From: an uncultured Alphaproteobacteria bacterium
GTDB lineage: Bacteria > Pseudomonadota > Alphaproteobacteria > RF32 > CAG-239
Reading direction: 5' to 3'
Assembly (NCBI GenBank): GCA_949282205.1
Contig: CASDOS010000034.1
Location: forward strand, 5,972-69,971
Length of the DNA stretch: 64,000 nucleotides
Made by a program: the position numbers and the translations under genes
In this document: in pieces, positions 29,058 through 37,745 of the stretch
How positions within the stretch are numbered: the first letter of the stretch is position 1
How the letters are laid out: every line of letters starts with the position of its first letter
The notes under the pieces: generated by a model
The model's input: only the letters and a program-made list of their open reading frames with translations
The model's database searches: none
What the model was told of the DNA's origin: nothing

Positions 29058-30662
29058 CTAAAACTTCATACGAGATTCCGGCATCAAAGGTGATTCTAAC
29101 ACAACAGGAGTTAATAAAATAACAACAATACTACGCGTTTTTTCAACTTTTTGATGCCCACCGAGAACATTATTATTAACAGCCCCTAACCCAGCCTTAT
29201 CACTTGATGTTTCGACACGTTCATAACCGGAAAGAACCAAAGTTTCGCCAGATTTTAAAGCAACTTCTTGTGAAAAACCTCTCTCTTCAATAATTGGATT
29301 TTGAATATAACCGGATTCTTCAGAACTATCCAAGTTAACATTTTCCAAATCCAATAAATCAGATAAGTTAAGACTGAAGAGCATCATTAGACGACCATGA
29401 TCCATAATTCTCGGCAAGACATCCAAAGTAAAGCCTGTTTCAATTTCTTCAGTTTCAACGGTAACATCATAACTGGCTTCCCCACCGACTGTTCCGTTAT
29501 TTGTTTTAGTATATTCAGAAATATAGTTTTGCGTTTTAACAACTTGGATAGGAGCAGGTTTATTATTCATTGTTGTAACAGTACCACTGGTAACCAAAGT
29601 TGTAACCCCCTGTGTGGAAAGCGCCTGAATAGCAGCATTAACGGTGACATCGCCACTTAAAATTTTCATAGACATACCGCTATTACCATCAACTAACCCT
29701 GTTGGGCCAAAGTTATTATTACCTAATGTAATATTTCCGCCGGAAGCTGTTCTATCTTTAAATGCTGCATTCAAATCAAAGCCAAAACCACGAGATTCAT
29801 CAACTTCAACCTGAAGAACTTTAACACTAATAGCCACTTGTCTAGACAATCTGATATTTTGCTCATTAACAAATTTTGAAACTTTTTTAATTTCTGTTGG
29901 AGTAGCCGTAATAGTTAAGGTTCCATTCATAGGATCAGTAACCAAGCTAGAACCAGTACCTAACATTGACTTAACGGCCGTAACGATATTAGCCCATAAA
30001 TCAATACTAGATATACCACTTGTAATACTTCCGCCACCGGAAGAACTACTGACGCTGGAAGTCATAGACGGTTTAGTCGGCAGGGTATACAAAGTAAATG
30101 TTTTTGTTGTATACTTATATATATAAATTTCTCCATTTTCATATTTCCACCATACGCCGAAATGAGAGCATACTTCATCTAACAAGCCGCTTAGAGAGCC
30201 TTTATACGAAACGAGCATACGAGAAGTATCCGACCATTTTGAACCGACTTTAGAAATAGTCGGGACATTTTTATCGGCAGCAGCCTTAGCAGCAGCCTCT
30301 AACTGGGGAGCAAAACGGACTTTAATTGATGTAATCTGACCAACCATATTACCAATTTCGTAAAGAGTAATCGGTCTATTACTAACTAAAATAACCCCGT
30401 CGGAAGTTTCAAGATAGTGAGGCAAAGGTTTATCACCTTCATATTCTATTTCACTTGTATCGCCAAGCCAGATATCATCTTTAATTCTTATAACATCTGT
30501 ATCAGCAACAGTCTGAGGCGCTTTAGCATCTTCTTTATGTTTAATTGTAGCGTCGACATCTCTCTCCAAAGCAGCATCATAGTCTGTTGGTAATGAACAA
30601 GAAGCAACACCCAAAAGTAAAACAGCAGCAAATCCGAGTAAATATTTTTTATTAGTATGCAT
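29058..30662 (-). CDS. pilN: type IVb pilus secretin lipoprotein (R64 PilN family)
   Basis: Lipobox LLGVASC. The C-terminal secretin domain reads TLVTSGTVTTMNNKPAPIQV...ETGFTLDVLPRI...ALKSGETLVLSGY...VVILLTPVVL. Confidence 0.9.
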   Translation of the reverse strand: MHTNKKYLLGFAAVLLLGVASCSLPTDYDAALERDVDATIKHKEDAKAPQTVADTDVIRIKDDIWLGDTSEIEYEGDKPLPHYLETSDGVILVSNRPITLYEIGNMVGQITSIKVRFAPQLEAAAKAAADKNVPTISKVGSKWSDTSRMLVSYKGSLSGLLDEVCSHFGVWWKYENGEIYIYKYTTKTFTLYTLPTKPSMTSSVSSSSGGGSITSGISSIDLWANIVTAVKSMLGTGSSLVTDPMNGTLTITATPTEIKKVSKFVNEQNIRLSRQVAISVKVLQVEVDESRGFGFDLNAAFKDRTASGGNITLGNNNFGPTGLVDGNSGMSMKILSGDVTVNAAIQALSTQGVTTLVTSGTVTTMNNKPAPIQVVKTQNYISEYTKTNNGTVGGEASYDVTVETEEIETGFTLDVLPRIMDHGRLMMLFSLNLSDLLDLENVNLDSSEESGYIQNPIIEERGFSQEVALKSGETLVLSGYERVETSSDKAGLGAVNNNVLGGHQKVEKTRSIVVILLTPVVLESPLMPESRMKF

Positions 30663-31716
30663 TCTCATTCTCCATTGTTTCAACAACTATAACACGATTC
30701 CCTTTGTAATATGTAGCAATAGGTGCAGGTCTTGCTCTTGCAAAAGCTCTAATTAAGGCTGAGCTTACATCAGCAAATTTACCTTTAAACATAACCCCCG
30801 CATTTAAGATATAATTTCTATTAGTATTCCACAAGAGTTTCCACCCGGACATTGCACTCCATTTCGTTAACAATTCGCGCAGATTTTCGCCTTCTTCGGC
30901 TTCCCAAGTTAGTATTGTATCGTCCCCAACTTGTATTTCGTTAATATCAACATCTGTAACTAATTGTTTATCTTTTCCAACTTCGGTAAACTCAATATTT
31001 TCATCATCAACATAATCAGCAATATCAAAAGATTCCTCAGTAAATTCGGATGTAATAACATCATCATCAATTATTTCATCACAATTTTCTTCACATACAA
31101 TTTCGTAAGAGGAACCATCTTCAGTAACACTTTTTTTAATTTGTCTTATTTCTTTAATTTCAGGTAACTTAACATTATCGGCGTGTCCGATTTTATTCTG
31201 TTGTTGCTTAGGAGAGGCTATAGGCGATACTAAAGGTTTCTGCTCATCCAAACTATAATTATTAGGTGCTTTATAAGCATCTTGAGGTGTTTCTATTTCC
31301 AACTTAGCAGTTTCGCTAAATACCCCATCATCAACAATATATTTAGGGTTTCTGTTTTTTCTGACAGTATCACTAACAGTTACAGTCTGAGTGACAATAT
31401 CATTTTCTATATCAGGTTGAATGGTGGCTGTAAGGTTATTACCGGCTGCTGACTGCGTATATAAATGATCTCTTTTGGTTCTTTCACCATAAGCTCTATA
31501 ATCCGCTTCAGTTTTAGTATAATTCACCAAAGCCGTATCATTGCAACTAATACCGTTAACGCCGCAACGGCTATTCGGATTAACCGTGGCATCAATAACA
31601 GGGGTATCCTTTTCGGGAGTAAAGGTGCTAGTTTGATTTTTATCAGAAAAACCGCTACATGCAGAAACACTGCATACACATAATACACAAAACGGTAATA
31701 AAAAACTTTTTTTCAT
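30652..31716 (-). CDS. pilL: PilL/TcpQ-family pilus lipoprotein
   Basis: Lipobox SVSAC after MKKSFLLPF. The C-terminal TcpQ/PilL domain reads WEAEEGENLRELLTKWSAMSGWKLLWNTNRNYILNAGVMFKGKFADVSSALIRAF...ATYYKGNRVIVV. Confidence 0.85.
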   Translation of the reverse strand: MKKSFLLPFCVLCVCSVSACSGFSDKNQTSTFTPEKDTPVIDATVNPNSRCGVNGISCNDTALVNYTKTEADYRAYGERTKRDHLYTQSAAGNNLTATIQPDIENDIVTQTVTVSDTVRKNRNPKYIVDDGVFSETAKLEIETPQDAYKAPNNYSLDEQKPLVSPIASPKQQQNKIGHADNVKLPEIKEIRQIKKSVTEDGSSYEIVCEENCDEIIDDDVITSEFTEESFDIADYVDDENIEFTEVGKDKQLVTDVDINEIQVGDDTILTWEAEEGENLRELLTKWSAMSGWKLLWNTNRNYILNAGVMFKGKFADVSSALIRAFARARPAPIATYYKGNRVIVVETMENENAY

Positions 31717-31823
31717 ATTTTGACCCATTTTTAAATCCAACCTAACTCTACAATAAATATTAAAAAATAATTAATCAAGCATAACACTTTATTTATAAAA
31801 CGTTTTGTTGATTAAATTTTTAG

Positions 31824-33281
31824 CTACTCCTGTATTTTTATTGTCCTAATAATAAAGGTATTTGGTTCTGTTAAAGAGAATACCGTATCAACCTTTTTGA
31901 AATCAACGCCGTTATTTGCAAAAATAGTATAAAGAAGATTTAAGCGTTTTCTTTGCAACTCAATGGAGGCTGTTGCATCCAAACGAATTTGAAGATAATA
32001 GCGTTTTTCTTTTGCTTTTTCGGAAAAGGCTTTAAGCCAGCGAAGTGTTTGTCCGGATATCTCGGCTCTGTCGGGCTGAAATGAAAGTTTGAGCTCTGAC
32101 GGAATTATTTTATTTTGAGCTTGTTCTTTCTGAGTTTCTTGAATTGTTTCATAAAAACTGACAAGAGCGTCATTTGACGACAAAGTAGCGGTGTTTGATT
32201 GTTCTCCTTGACTACTGTATGAAGGCTTGATCTTACTCTTTGGCTGTGCTGGTGTTGAAACTTCTTTTTTACTATCGGAAGGTGAAAACCAAGAGGAAAT
32301 GTTACTAAGGATACTCTTACTCTCTTTTGGAGTTGTAGACGTAGGTTTGGTATCTGGTATTTTCTTTGAAATGATTTTTAAAGATGAATTATCTTCTTGA
32401 GGAACGGCTAGGGGTTCTGGTGAAGACTTTTTCTTGCTTGTTTGAGATTTTTCTTTCTTTATTGTAGTGGTTTGAGGCTTGTTGGCAATAAAGGTTGGCG
32501 TTAAATTCTCATCATTTAATATTTCATCTGGGATAGGGAAAATGATGCTTTGTTTAATCCGCTCAGCTACTTTGTAAGATAAATCTTCCGTGTTGTTGGC
32601 TAATTGCTCTGGAGTGTCGTCAAAAAGAGAGTTTGTGTTATCGGAAGCGTACTGCTCCAATAACTTTTTGTTTTTTATGTGCTTACTTCCCTGAGCAACA
32701 ACCCAAGGTGAATCAAACGAATTGTCAATATTATCTACAGAGGTATCCGTTGGTAAAAGCGCAATTTGATTGTCTGTGTCACCGCTATAAGAAACTTCGG
32801 CATCATAAGAATAATTTTGCTGTTTTTCAAAATCTATAGGGATTGAGTTGTCAATATTAACACTAAGAATTTCATCATCTTCAGGACCGTCAATTTCTTG
32901 CGGAGAATAGATAATATCTGAATTCTCAGAGCTAATCTCGTTTTTTGTAGAAGGTAATTCGGCTAATTTTATTTCAGAGGATTGTGATGAAGATGACATG
33001 TTATCTTGCGATGGATGAATATCAAGCAAAGAATTTTTCTGAATTTCTGCAAAAGAAATATTTTTGAAAGCTGTATTATCGCTTTTAAAAAGTTCTATTT
33101 GAATACTGGAATGACTTGGGTAAACATGTGATATATGTGCAGAAGAGGCTAACAAATGACTGGTTAATGATACACCAACCAGAGATAATCCAAAGCCAAA
33201 AATAAAATTTTTAAATTCCCACATAAAGCACTTTCCGGACATAAATACTAAAATCAAAAGTATTAACCATATTTTAAACAT
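31824..33281 (-). CDS. membrane-anchored Ser/Thr/Pro-rich hypothetical protein, first gene of the minus-strand pilus operon
   Basis: 485 aa with N-terminal hydrophobic segment(s), a long low-complexity S/T/P/K region, and a structured C-terminal ~110 aa (LSFQPDRAEISGQTLRWLKAFSEKAKEKRYYLQIRLDATAS...). Confidence 0.6.
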   Translation of the reverse strand: MFKIWLILLILVFMSGKCFMWEFKNFIFGFGLSLVGVSLTSHLLASSAHISHVYPSHSSIQIELFKSDNTAFKNISFAEIQKNSLLDIHPSQDNMSSSSQSSEIKLAELPSTKNEISSENSDIIYSPQEIDGPEDDEILSVNIDNSIPIDFEKQQNYSYDAEVSYSGDTDNQIALLPTDTSVDNIDNSFDSPWVVAQGSKHIKNKKLLEQYASDNTNSLFDDTPEQLANNTEDLSYKVAERIKQSIIFPIPDEILNDENLTPTFIANKPQTTTIKKEKSQTSKKKSSPEPLAVPQEDNSSLKIISKKIPDTKPTSTTPKESKSILSNISSWFSPSDSKKEVSTPAQPKSKIKPSYSSQGEQSNTATLSSNDALVSFYETIQETQKEQAQNKIIPSELKLSFQPDRAEISGQTLRWLKAFSEKAKEKRYYLQIRLDATASIELQRKRLNLLYTIFANNGVDFKKVDTVFSLTEPNTFIIRTIKIQE

Positions 33282-33373
33282 TAAATAAAAACATTAGCAA
33301 GTATATTTGCAAACTAATAACAACAAAATCACTTCCGTTTTATAAGAAAAAATGAAAAATAAGAGGATGAGTA

Positions 33374-33392
33374 GTGTGAAGTTTTTGTTACA
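33374..33392 (+). promoter_or_regulatory. conserved 19-mer GTGTGAAGTTTTTGTTACA, copy 1, 138 nt upstream of the virB2-1 ATG
   Basis: Exact repeat of 34048-34066. It is followed by ~50 nt of partly conserved leader that includes a G6AG4 tract at 33429-33439. Confidence 0.5.
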
Positions 33393-33511
33393 AGGGTAAA
33401 AAATGAATTAAATCAATATGATATTCAAGGGGGGAGGGGCGTCAAAAGACTTGAAATTTTTTTAAATTTGCTGTAAAGTAAATAATGTATAATGAATTTA
33501 GGAGAACTGAT

Positions 33512-33862
33512 ATGAAAAACTTAAAAAAGATGTTTACACTCTGCTCATTAGCGCTAGTGTTTACAGTATTGCTTGCAGATGCGTCATTTGCAGAAGATAG
33601 CGTTATGCAAACAGGTATGAATAAAGCATTACAATTATTTGTACACATTAAAACAATTATTTTCGTAGTTGGTGCATTTGGTTTAATTGGTATTGCATTC
33701 CAAGCTATTTTCGGAAAAGTAAAATGGACATGGTTTGCTGGCTTAGCAGTTGGTTTGGCAATTTTGGCCGCTGCCGGTGCTATCGTTAACTACGCAACTG
33801 GTGGTAACATTACTTCTGGTCAAACAGGTGATACATTTGTTAACTCTGGTACTGGTGTATAA
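33512..33862 (+). CDS. virB2: VirB2/TrbC-family pilin, paralog 1
   Basis: RBS AGGAGA, signal peptide ending ADASFA, and two hydrophobic helices separated by a short basic loop (FGKVKW). Confidence 0.8.
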   Translation: MKNLKKMFTLCSLALVFTVLLADASFAEDSVMQTGMNKALQLFVHIKTIIFVVGAFGLIGIAFQAIFGKVKWTWFAGLAVGLAILAAAGAIVNYATGGNITSGQTGDTFVNSGTGV

Positions 33863-33884
33863 TAACCAACAATCAAATAAAAAA

Positions 33885-33910
33885 AGGAGTGTTTCGACAC
33901 TCCTTTTTTT
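33885..33910 (+). terminator. strong rho-independent terminator after virB2 paralog 1
   Basis: Perfect 8-bp stem aggagtgt/acactcct with loop ttcg, followed by T7. Confidence 0.85.
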
Positions 33911-34047
33911 ATGTTCGTCTTATAAAAGAGCCCAATATATCTGAGGGATATTTACATAAAATATCAGGAGTATTGGCAAATAAAAAATATCAAAAGAAGT
34001 GGGTATAATATAAACAAAAAGAACATACTCTGCAAAAACGGTATAAT

Positions 34048-34066
34048 GTGTGAAGTTTTTGTTACA
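34048..34066 (+). promoter_or_regulatory. conserved 19-mer GTGTGAAGTTTTTGTTACA, copy 2, 132 nt upstream of the virB2-2 ATG
   Basis: Exact repeat of 33374-33392. TATAAT lies immediately 5' of it (34042-34047), and an extended -10 TGATATAAT lies at 34145-34153. Confidence 0.5.
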
Positions 34067-34179
34067 GGTAAATAAAATGCATAAAAACAATGGGATAACG
34101 TAAGGGGTGAAGCGTATTTTTTTCTAGCTATTTGTTTGAATTTGTGATATAATAAAAACAATTATAGGGGAGATTGAAA

Positions 34180-34500
34180 ATGCAAAGAGATAAGAAAACT
34201 TTCTACGCATTGATGATACTAATTTTACTAACGCCTTCAGGAGCATATGCTGGAGCGTTTGATGGTTTAATATCGTCAGGGCAAGAGATTTTTTCGGGGT
34301 TGCGCGAAATTATTTATCCTGCTTCAGCTGTTGGTATAATTGCGGTTTGTATTGGTGGTTTTTTTGGAAACATTAACTGGAAATGGCTAACTGCAATTAT
34401 ATTGGGTTTGGTGGTAATCAGTTTGTGTGCAGGTTTCGTAGCTATGTTTGCACCGGATGGAGCATCATCAATAGCTTCCGACATAGCTTTGGGAACATAG
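34180..34500 (+). CDS. virB2: VirB2/TrbC-family pilin, paralog 2
   Basis: Signal peptide ending GAYA, two hydrophobic helices and the loop motif FGNINWKW. Confidence 0.75.
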   Translation: MQRDKKTFYALMILILLTPSGAYAGAFDGLISSGQEIFSGLREIIYPASAVGIIAVCIGGFFGNINWKWLTAIILGLVVISLCAGFVAMFAPDGASSIASDIALGT

Positions 34501-34511
34501 GAGAGAATGAG

Positions 34512-34868
34512 ATGACAAAAAAAAGTATATTTCTCTGTATTGTAAGTGTTTTAGTAGTTCTATTAGTGAGTAGTGATGCAATGGCTGCTGGTGTTTTTGC
34601 CTCATTACGAACAAAAACAATATCATTTGCATCACAGCTGCGAGTTTTCGCTTATGCGATATCTTGTTTTGGTATTGTAATGTTTACGTTTTTGGCAATA
34701 AGTGGAAAGATAAATTTTAAGCATTTAGGATATATTTTTATCAGTCTGTTTATGCTTTCTGCAACAGGAGCAATTATTGACTATTTCACGGGAAGCCATG
34801 CACAATTAAAATCAGAATTTAATGATACATATATGAATACGGTATCACATAGTAGTCTGGGAAGTTAG
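34512..34868 (+). CDS. virB2: VirB2/TrbC-family pilin, paralog 3
   Basis: MTKKSIF start 11 nt after paralog 2. Signal peptide ending DAMA, two hydrophobic helices and the loop SGKINFKH. Confidence 0.75.
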   Translation: MTKKSIFLCIVSVLVVLLVSSDAMAAGVFASLRTKTISFASQLRVFAYAISCFGIVMFTFLAISGKINFKHLGYIFISLFMLSATGAIIDYFTGSHAQLKSEFNDTYMNTVSHSSLGS

Positions 34869-34944
34869 AAAAAATAATTACAAATTTAATAATTTTTAAG
34901 ATTTTCGGGCTTAATATGGAATATAGAAAAAGAGGGGTTAAGCC

Positions 34945-35235
34945 ATGAAGGATATAATATTAAAAGCAGTAGCAAATCCGCCCAAATTATTTTGGGGACC
35001 TGTATTGCCGACAGCGTTGAACGCAGGCTTACAAATACCTTTTATGTTTATGGCAATAGGAATGGCGGATGTGAACCCTCTGGTATTTATTATAAGTATT
35101 GTTACAGGGCATTTAATAGTTGTTGCATTAGGAGCCAAAGATCCGCATCTGTCAGGAATGATACAAGCCTTTGGGCAGACTAATATAGTGCCGCAAAATT
35201 TATACAAAGTGAAAGGGCACAAATTTGAACCTTAA
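34945..35235 (+). CDS. virB3: type IV secretion protein VirB3
   Basis: 96 aa with two TM helices and a KDPHLS motif, directly upstream of virB4 and overlapping it. Confidence 0.8.
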   Translation: MKDIILKAVANPPKLFWGPVLPTALNAGLQIPFMFMAIGMADVNPLVFIISIVTGHLIVVALGAKDPHLSGMIQAFGQTNIVPQNLYKVKGHKFEP

Positions 35236-37678
35236 TTTTGACTTTTATACTTTATTTATGGCGGGTCTGCAAAGTGCGGACGCGATTGTTGCGACTTTAG
35301 GAATTATATCTGCCGCCGCAATAGCAATTTCGTTGGTATCCAAAATAGGCACATGGGTTTTGCCGCAACCAAGTGAATCAAGAGTTGCGGATTTTTTACC
35401 ATTTGATAGTTTATTATCAGATGGTTCAACATTAAGATGCAGCAATGGCACCTATGTGCGAGTATTTAAGGTTGAGGGAGTGGATTTAACATCCGCGCGC
35501 GATGAAACGGTTTTATCCATGTTTGAAGCCAGAAAATCATGGCTTGATAACATGGCGGATTTACAAGTAACATGTCGCGTTATAACAATACGCGACCGCG
35601 TTCCGATGGAAAAAAACAAGGCGGATTTTGGGAACAAATGGCTAAAAATAGTAGATGACACATGGCGAGAGAATTTAAGTCGTGTATACAAGAATGACCA
35701 TTACATTATTTTATCAATAGAAGACAGAAAAGATGCGGTTAAAGATTTGAATTATGCATCACAATCCGTAATGGCGAATTTAAATGATTATGGGATAAAA
35801 GTTTTATATGAGGACGATGAGAGTTCGGCAGAAATGAGTCCGGTATATCCGTTTGTAAGAATTTTAAATCCGATAAGTAAGCCGATGCCCAAAGTAAGAG
35901 GCGCACAAGGTTTTCAACTAAAGGAAATGCTTAGTTCTGACGGTGTCCACTTTACAGGAGAGGAAGGGATAATAAAGTTTTTTTCTGGAGGGAAAGAAAA
36001 ATTTGCATTAACCATGGGAATACGCAATTCTGGTGATTACATGGATGAAGGAATGATATCATCGCTATTGGCAATAGATTGCGAGTTGACGGTTTTACAT
36101 CACATACATCCATTATTTAAGCCCAAAGCCAGAATGATATTAATTCAACAACAGAAAATGGCGGAAGTAACAAGTTTCTCCTCGGATGTGGTCGAACAAT
36201 ATAGTGAAGCACTGGCCGCAATAGAGGATAGTGATGCAGATCACCAGTCATTAGTAGAATATTCAATGAGTTTTATATTAAAGGGAGATTCGATAAAAGA
36301 GATAGAATTCGGAGAAAGTGAAGTTCAAAGAATATGCCGTTTATTTAGTGTGACGCCTGTGCGAGAAAATTGGATAGCGCAAGCGACATTTTTCAATCAA
36401 TTTCCGGGATATGATACATGTGGCAGAACATATTTTTACCTATCAAGAATAGTTTCATTGGCAGTATCATTTGAGCAACTATCGACAGGTTTACCGCGAA
36501 GTGACTGGGGCGAAGGAGCGATTACGGTATTTAGGACAATGAGTGGCTCACCATACAGATTCCAATTTCACATATCTGCAGCAGAATCAGCGGTGGCGCA
36601 CTGTTGCATCGTAGGACCAACCGGACAAGGTAAAACAACATTATTAACATTTTTAGCCGGTCAAGCGATGCGTCACGGCGATTTAAAAGTATACTTTTTC
36701 GACAGACACCGTGGTGCAGAAATATTCACCCACATGGTTCAAGGTGCATACGTTGGTTTTAGCGGAGATAGAAAGAATGTATCTTTAAATCCGTTTGATT
36801 CTCGAGATACAATGAGTAACAGAGCCTTTTTAAGAAATTGGCTAAAAGCGATAACCATGGCAAATGATGCGCTATCAGAAAGAGAAGCTGCACGAGCAGT
36901 GACGACAGCTTTTGATTATTTACGTCCTGAAGAGCGAGTGCTAAAGAATTTATATAAAAGTTGTTTTTCACCGACAGGTACGATGCGTCGAGAATTATAT
37001 AGGTGGGTCAATCCGGATCAATACGGAAATATATTCAATGCGGAACATGATAGCTTAGATTTAAGTGCGAACAGATTTGTTGCATTTGATTTTACGGAAA
37101 TTTTCGATGATGATGTGTTGGCAGCTGCATCAATTAGTTATATCATGCACAGAATACAATCAGAAAGTACCGAAACAGGTACGCCGGCCTTAATTATGAT
37201 AGATGAAACAGCGCCAATGTTAAAGCATGAAATGTTTAGAGATAATTTTATCAAAGGGTTGCAAGAAGGGCGTAAAAAGCGCCAAGCCTATTTATGCGCT
37301 TTTCAACAACCAAATATTGTGGATTCACTAGGTGTAGGCGATGCTGTAAGAGGGCAATGCAAGACGATGATATTTTTCAGAAACACCCAAGCGACACTGG
37401 AATCTTATGCAAAATGGAATTTAACGGATAGTGAATATGATTTTATAAGCGGCAAATCATATAGAGATTGTCCCTATGCAATATTATTAAAGCGTCCCGA
37501 TGCGGGAGAAAACGGCGAAGGCGAGTCAGTAATTTTGGATGTAAACCTAAGTGGATTAGGGCCATATCTAAAATTGTATAACTCGGGCATCAAAAATGTA
37601 TTGTTAGTAGAGAGTTTAGTAAAAGAGTTTGGTGAGGATGGATTCGTCACAAAATATCTCAATGGAGTTGGTACATAA
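35225..37678 (+). CDS. virB4: type IV secretion ATPase VirB4
   Basis: 817 aa with Walker A GPTGQGKTT and Walker B-like ALIMIDETAPM. The start is uncertain: TTG 35225 or ATG 35258. Confidence 0.92.
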   Translation: MNLNFDFYTLFMAGLQSADAIVATLGIISAAAIAISLVSKIGTWVLPQPSESRVADFLPFDSLLSDGSTLRCSNGTYVRVFKVEGVDLTSARDETVLSMFEARKSWLDNMADLQVTCRVITIRDRVPMEKNKADFGNKWLKIVDDTWRENLSRVYKNDHYIILSIEDRKDAVKDLNYASQSVMANLNDYGIKVLYEDDESSAEMSPVYPFVRILNPISKPMPKVRGAQGFQLKEMLSSDGVHFTGEEGIIKFFSGGKEKFALTMGIRNSGDYMDEGMISSLLAIDCELTVLHHIHPLFKPKARMILIQQQKMAEVTSFSSDVVEQYSEALAAIEDSDADHQSLVEYSMSFILKGDSIKEIEFGESEVQRICRLFSVTPVRENWIAQATFFNQFPGYDTCGRTYFYLSRIVSLAVSFEQLSTGLPRSDWGEGAITVFRTMSGSPYRFQFHISAAESAVAHCCIVGPTGQGKTTLLTFLAGQAMRHGDLKVYFFDRHRGAEIFTHMVQGAYVGFSGDRKNVSLNPFDSRDTMSNRAFLRNWLKAITMANDALSEREAARAVTTAFDYLRPEERVLKNLYKSCFSPTGTMRRELYRWVNPDQYGNIFNAEHDSLDLSANRFVAFDFTEIFDDDVLAAASISYIMHRIQSESTETGTPALIMIDETAPMLKHEMFRDNFIKGLQEGRKKRQAYLCAFQQPNIVDSLGVGDAVRGQCKTMIFFRNTQATLESYAKWNLTDSEYDFISGKSYRDCPYAILLKRPDAGENGEGESVILDVNLSGLGPYLKLYNSGIKNVLLVESLVKEFGEDGFVTKYLNGVGT

Positions 37679-37683
37679 TTTTG

Positions 37684-37712
37684 TTGACAAAAAAAAGAAA
37701 ATGTGTTACAAT
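37684..37712 (+). promoter_or_regulatory. near-consensus sigma70-type promoter (TTGACA-N17-TACAAT) upstream of the VirB5-like array
   Basis: TTGACA at 37684-37689, a 17-nt spacer, and TACAAT at 37707-37712, all within the 67-nt virB4/next-gene gap. Confidence 0.45.
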
Positions 37713-37745
37713 TTTAACGTTGAAATTATTTAAGCGGGGGGAATT

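Noticed and set aside
33282-34179. Largest intergenic regions screened for tRNA, sRNA or small-ORF content (also 49406-49547)
   Set aside because: I saw no cloverleaf-compatible GC-rich stems and no conserved small ORF. The short ATG-initiated peptides in the two duplicated leaders differ (MN-stop versus MHKNNGIT-stop). Only the regulatory repeat and the terminator are reported.
34383-34511. N-terminal extension of virB2 paralog 3 overlapping paralog 2
   Set aside because: It is out of frame across the C-terminal half of paralog 2. The internal ATG at 34512 yields a normal signal peptide.
34908-34944. 7-bp inverted repeat GGCTTAA...TTAAGCC enclosing the virB3 RBS as a possible translational control hairpin
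   Set aside because: The stem is short and AT-containing, with a 23-nt loop. It is too weak to call without folding energetics or conservation data.
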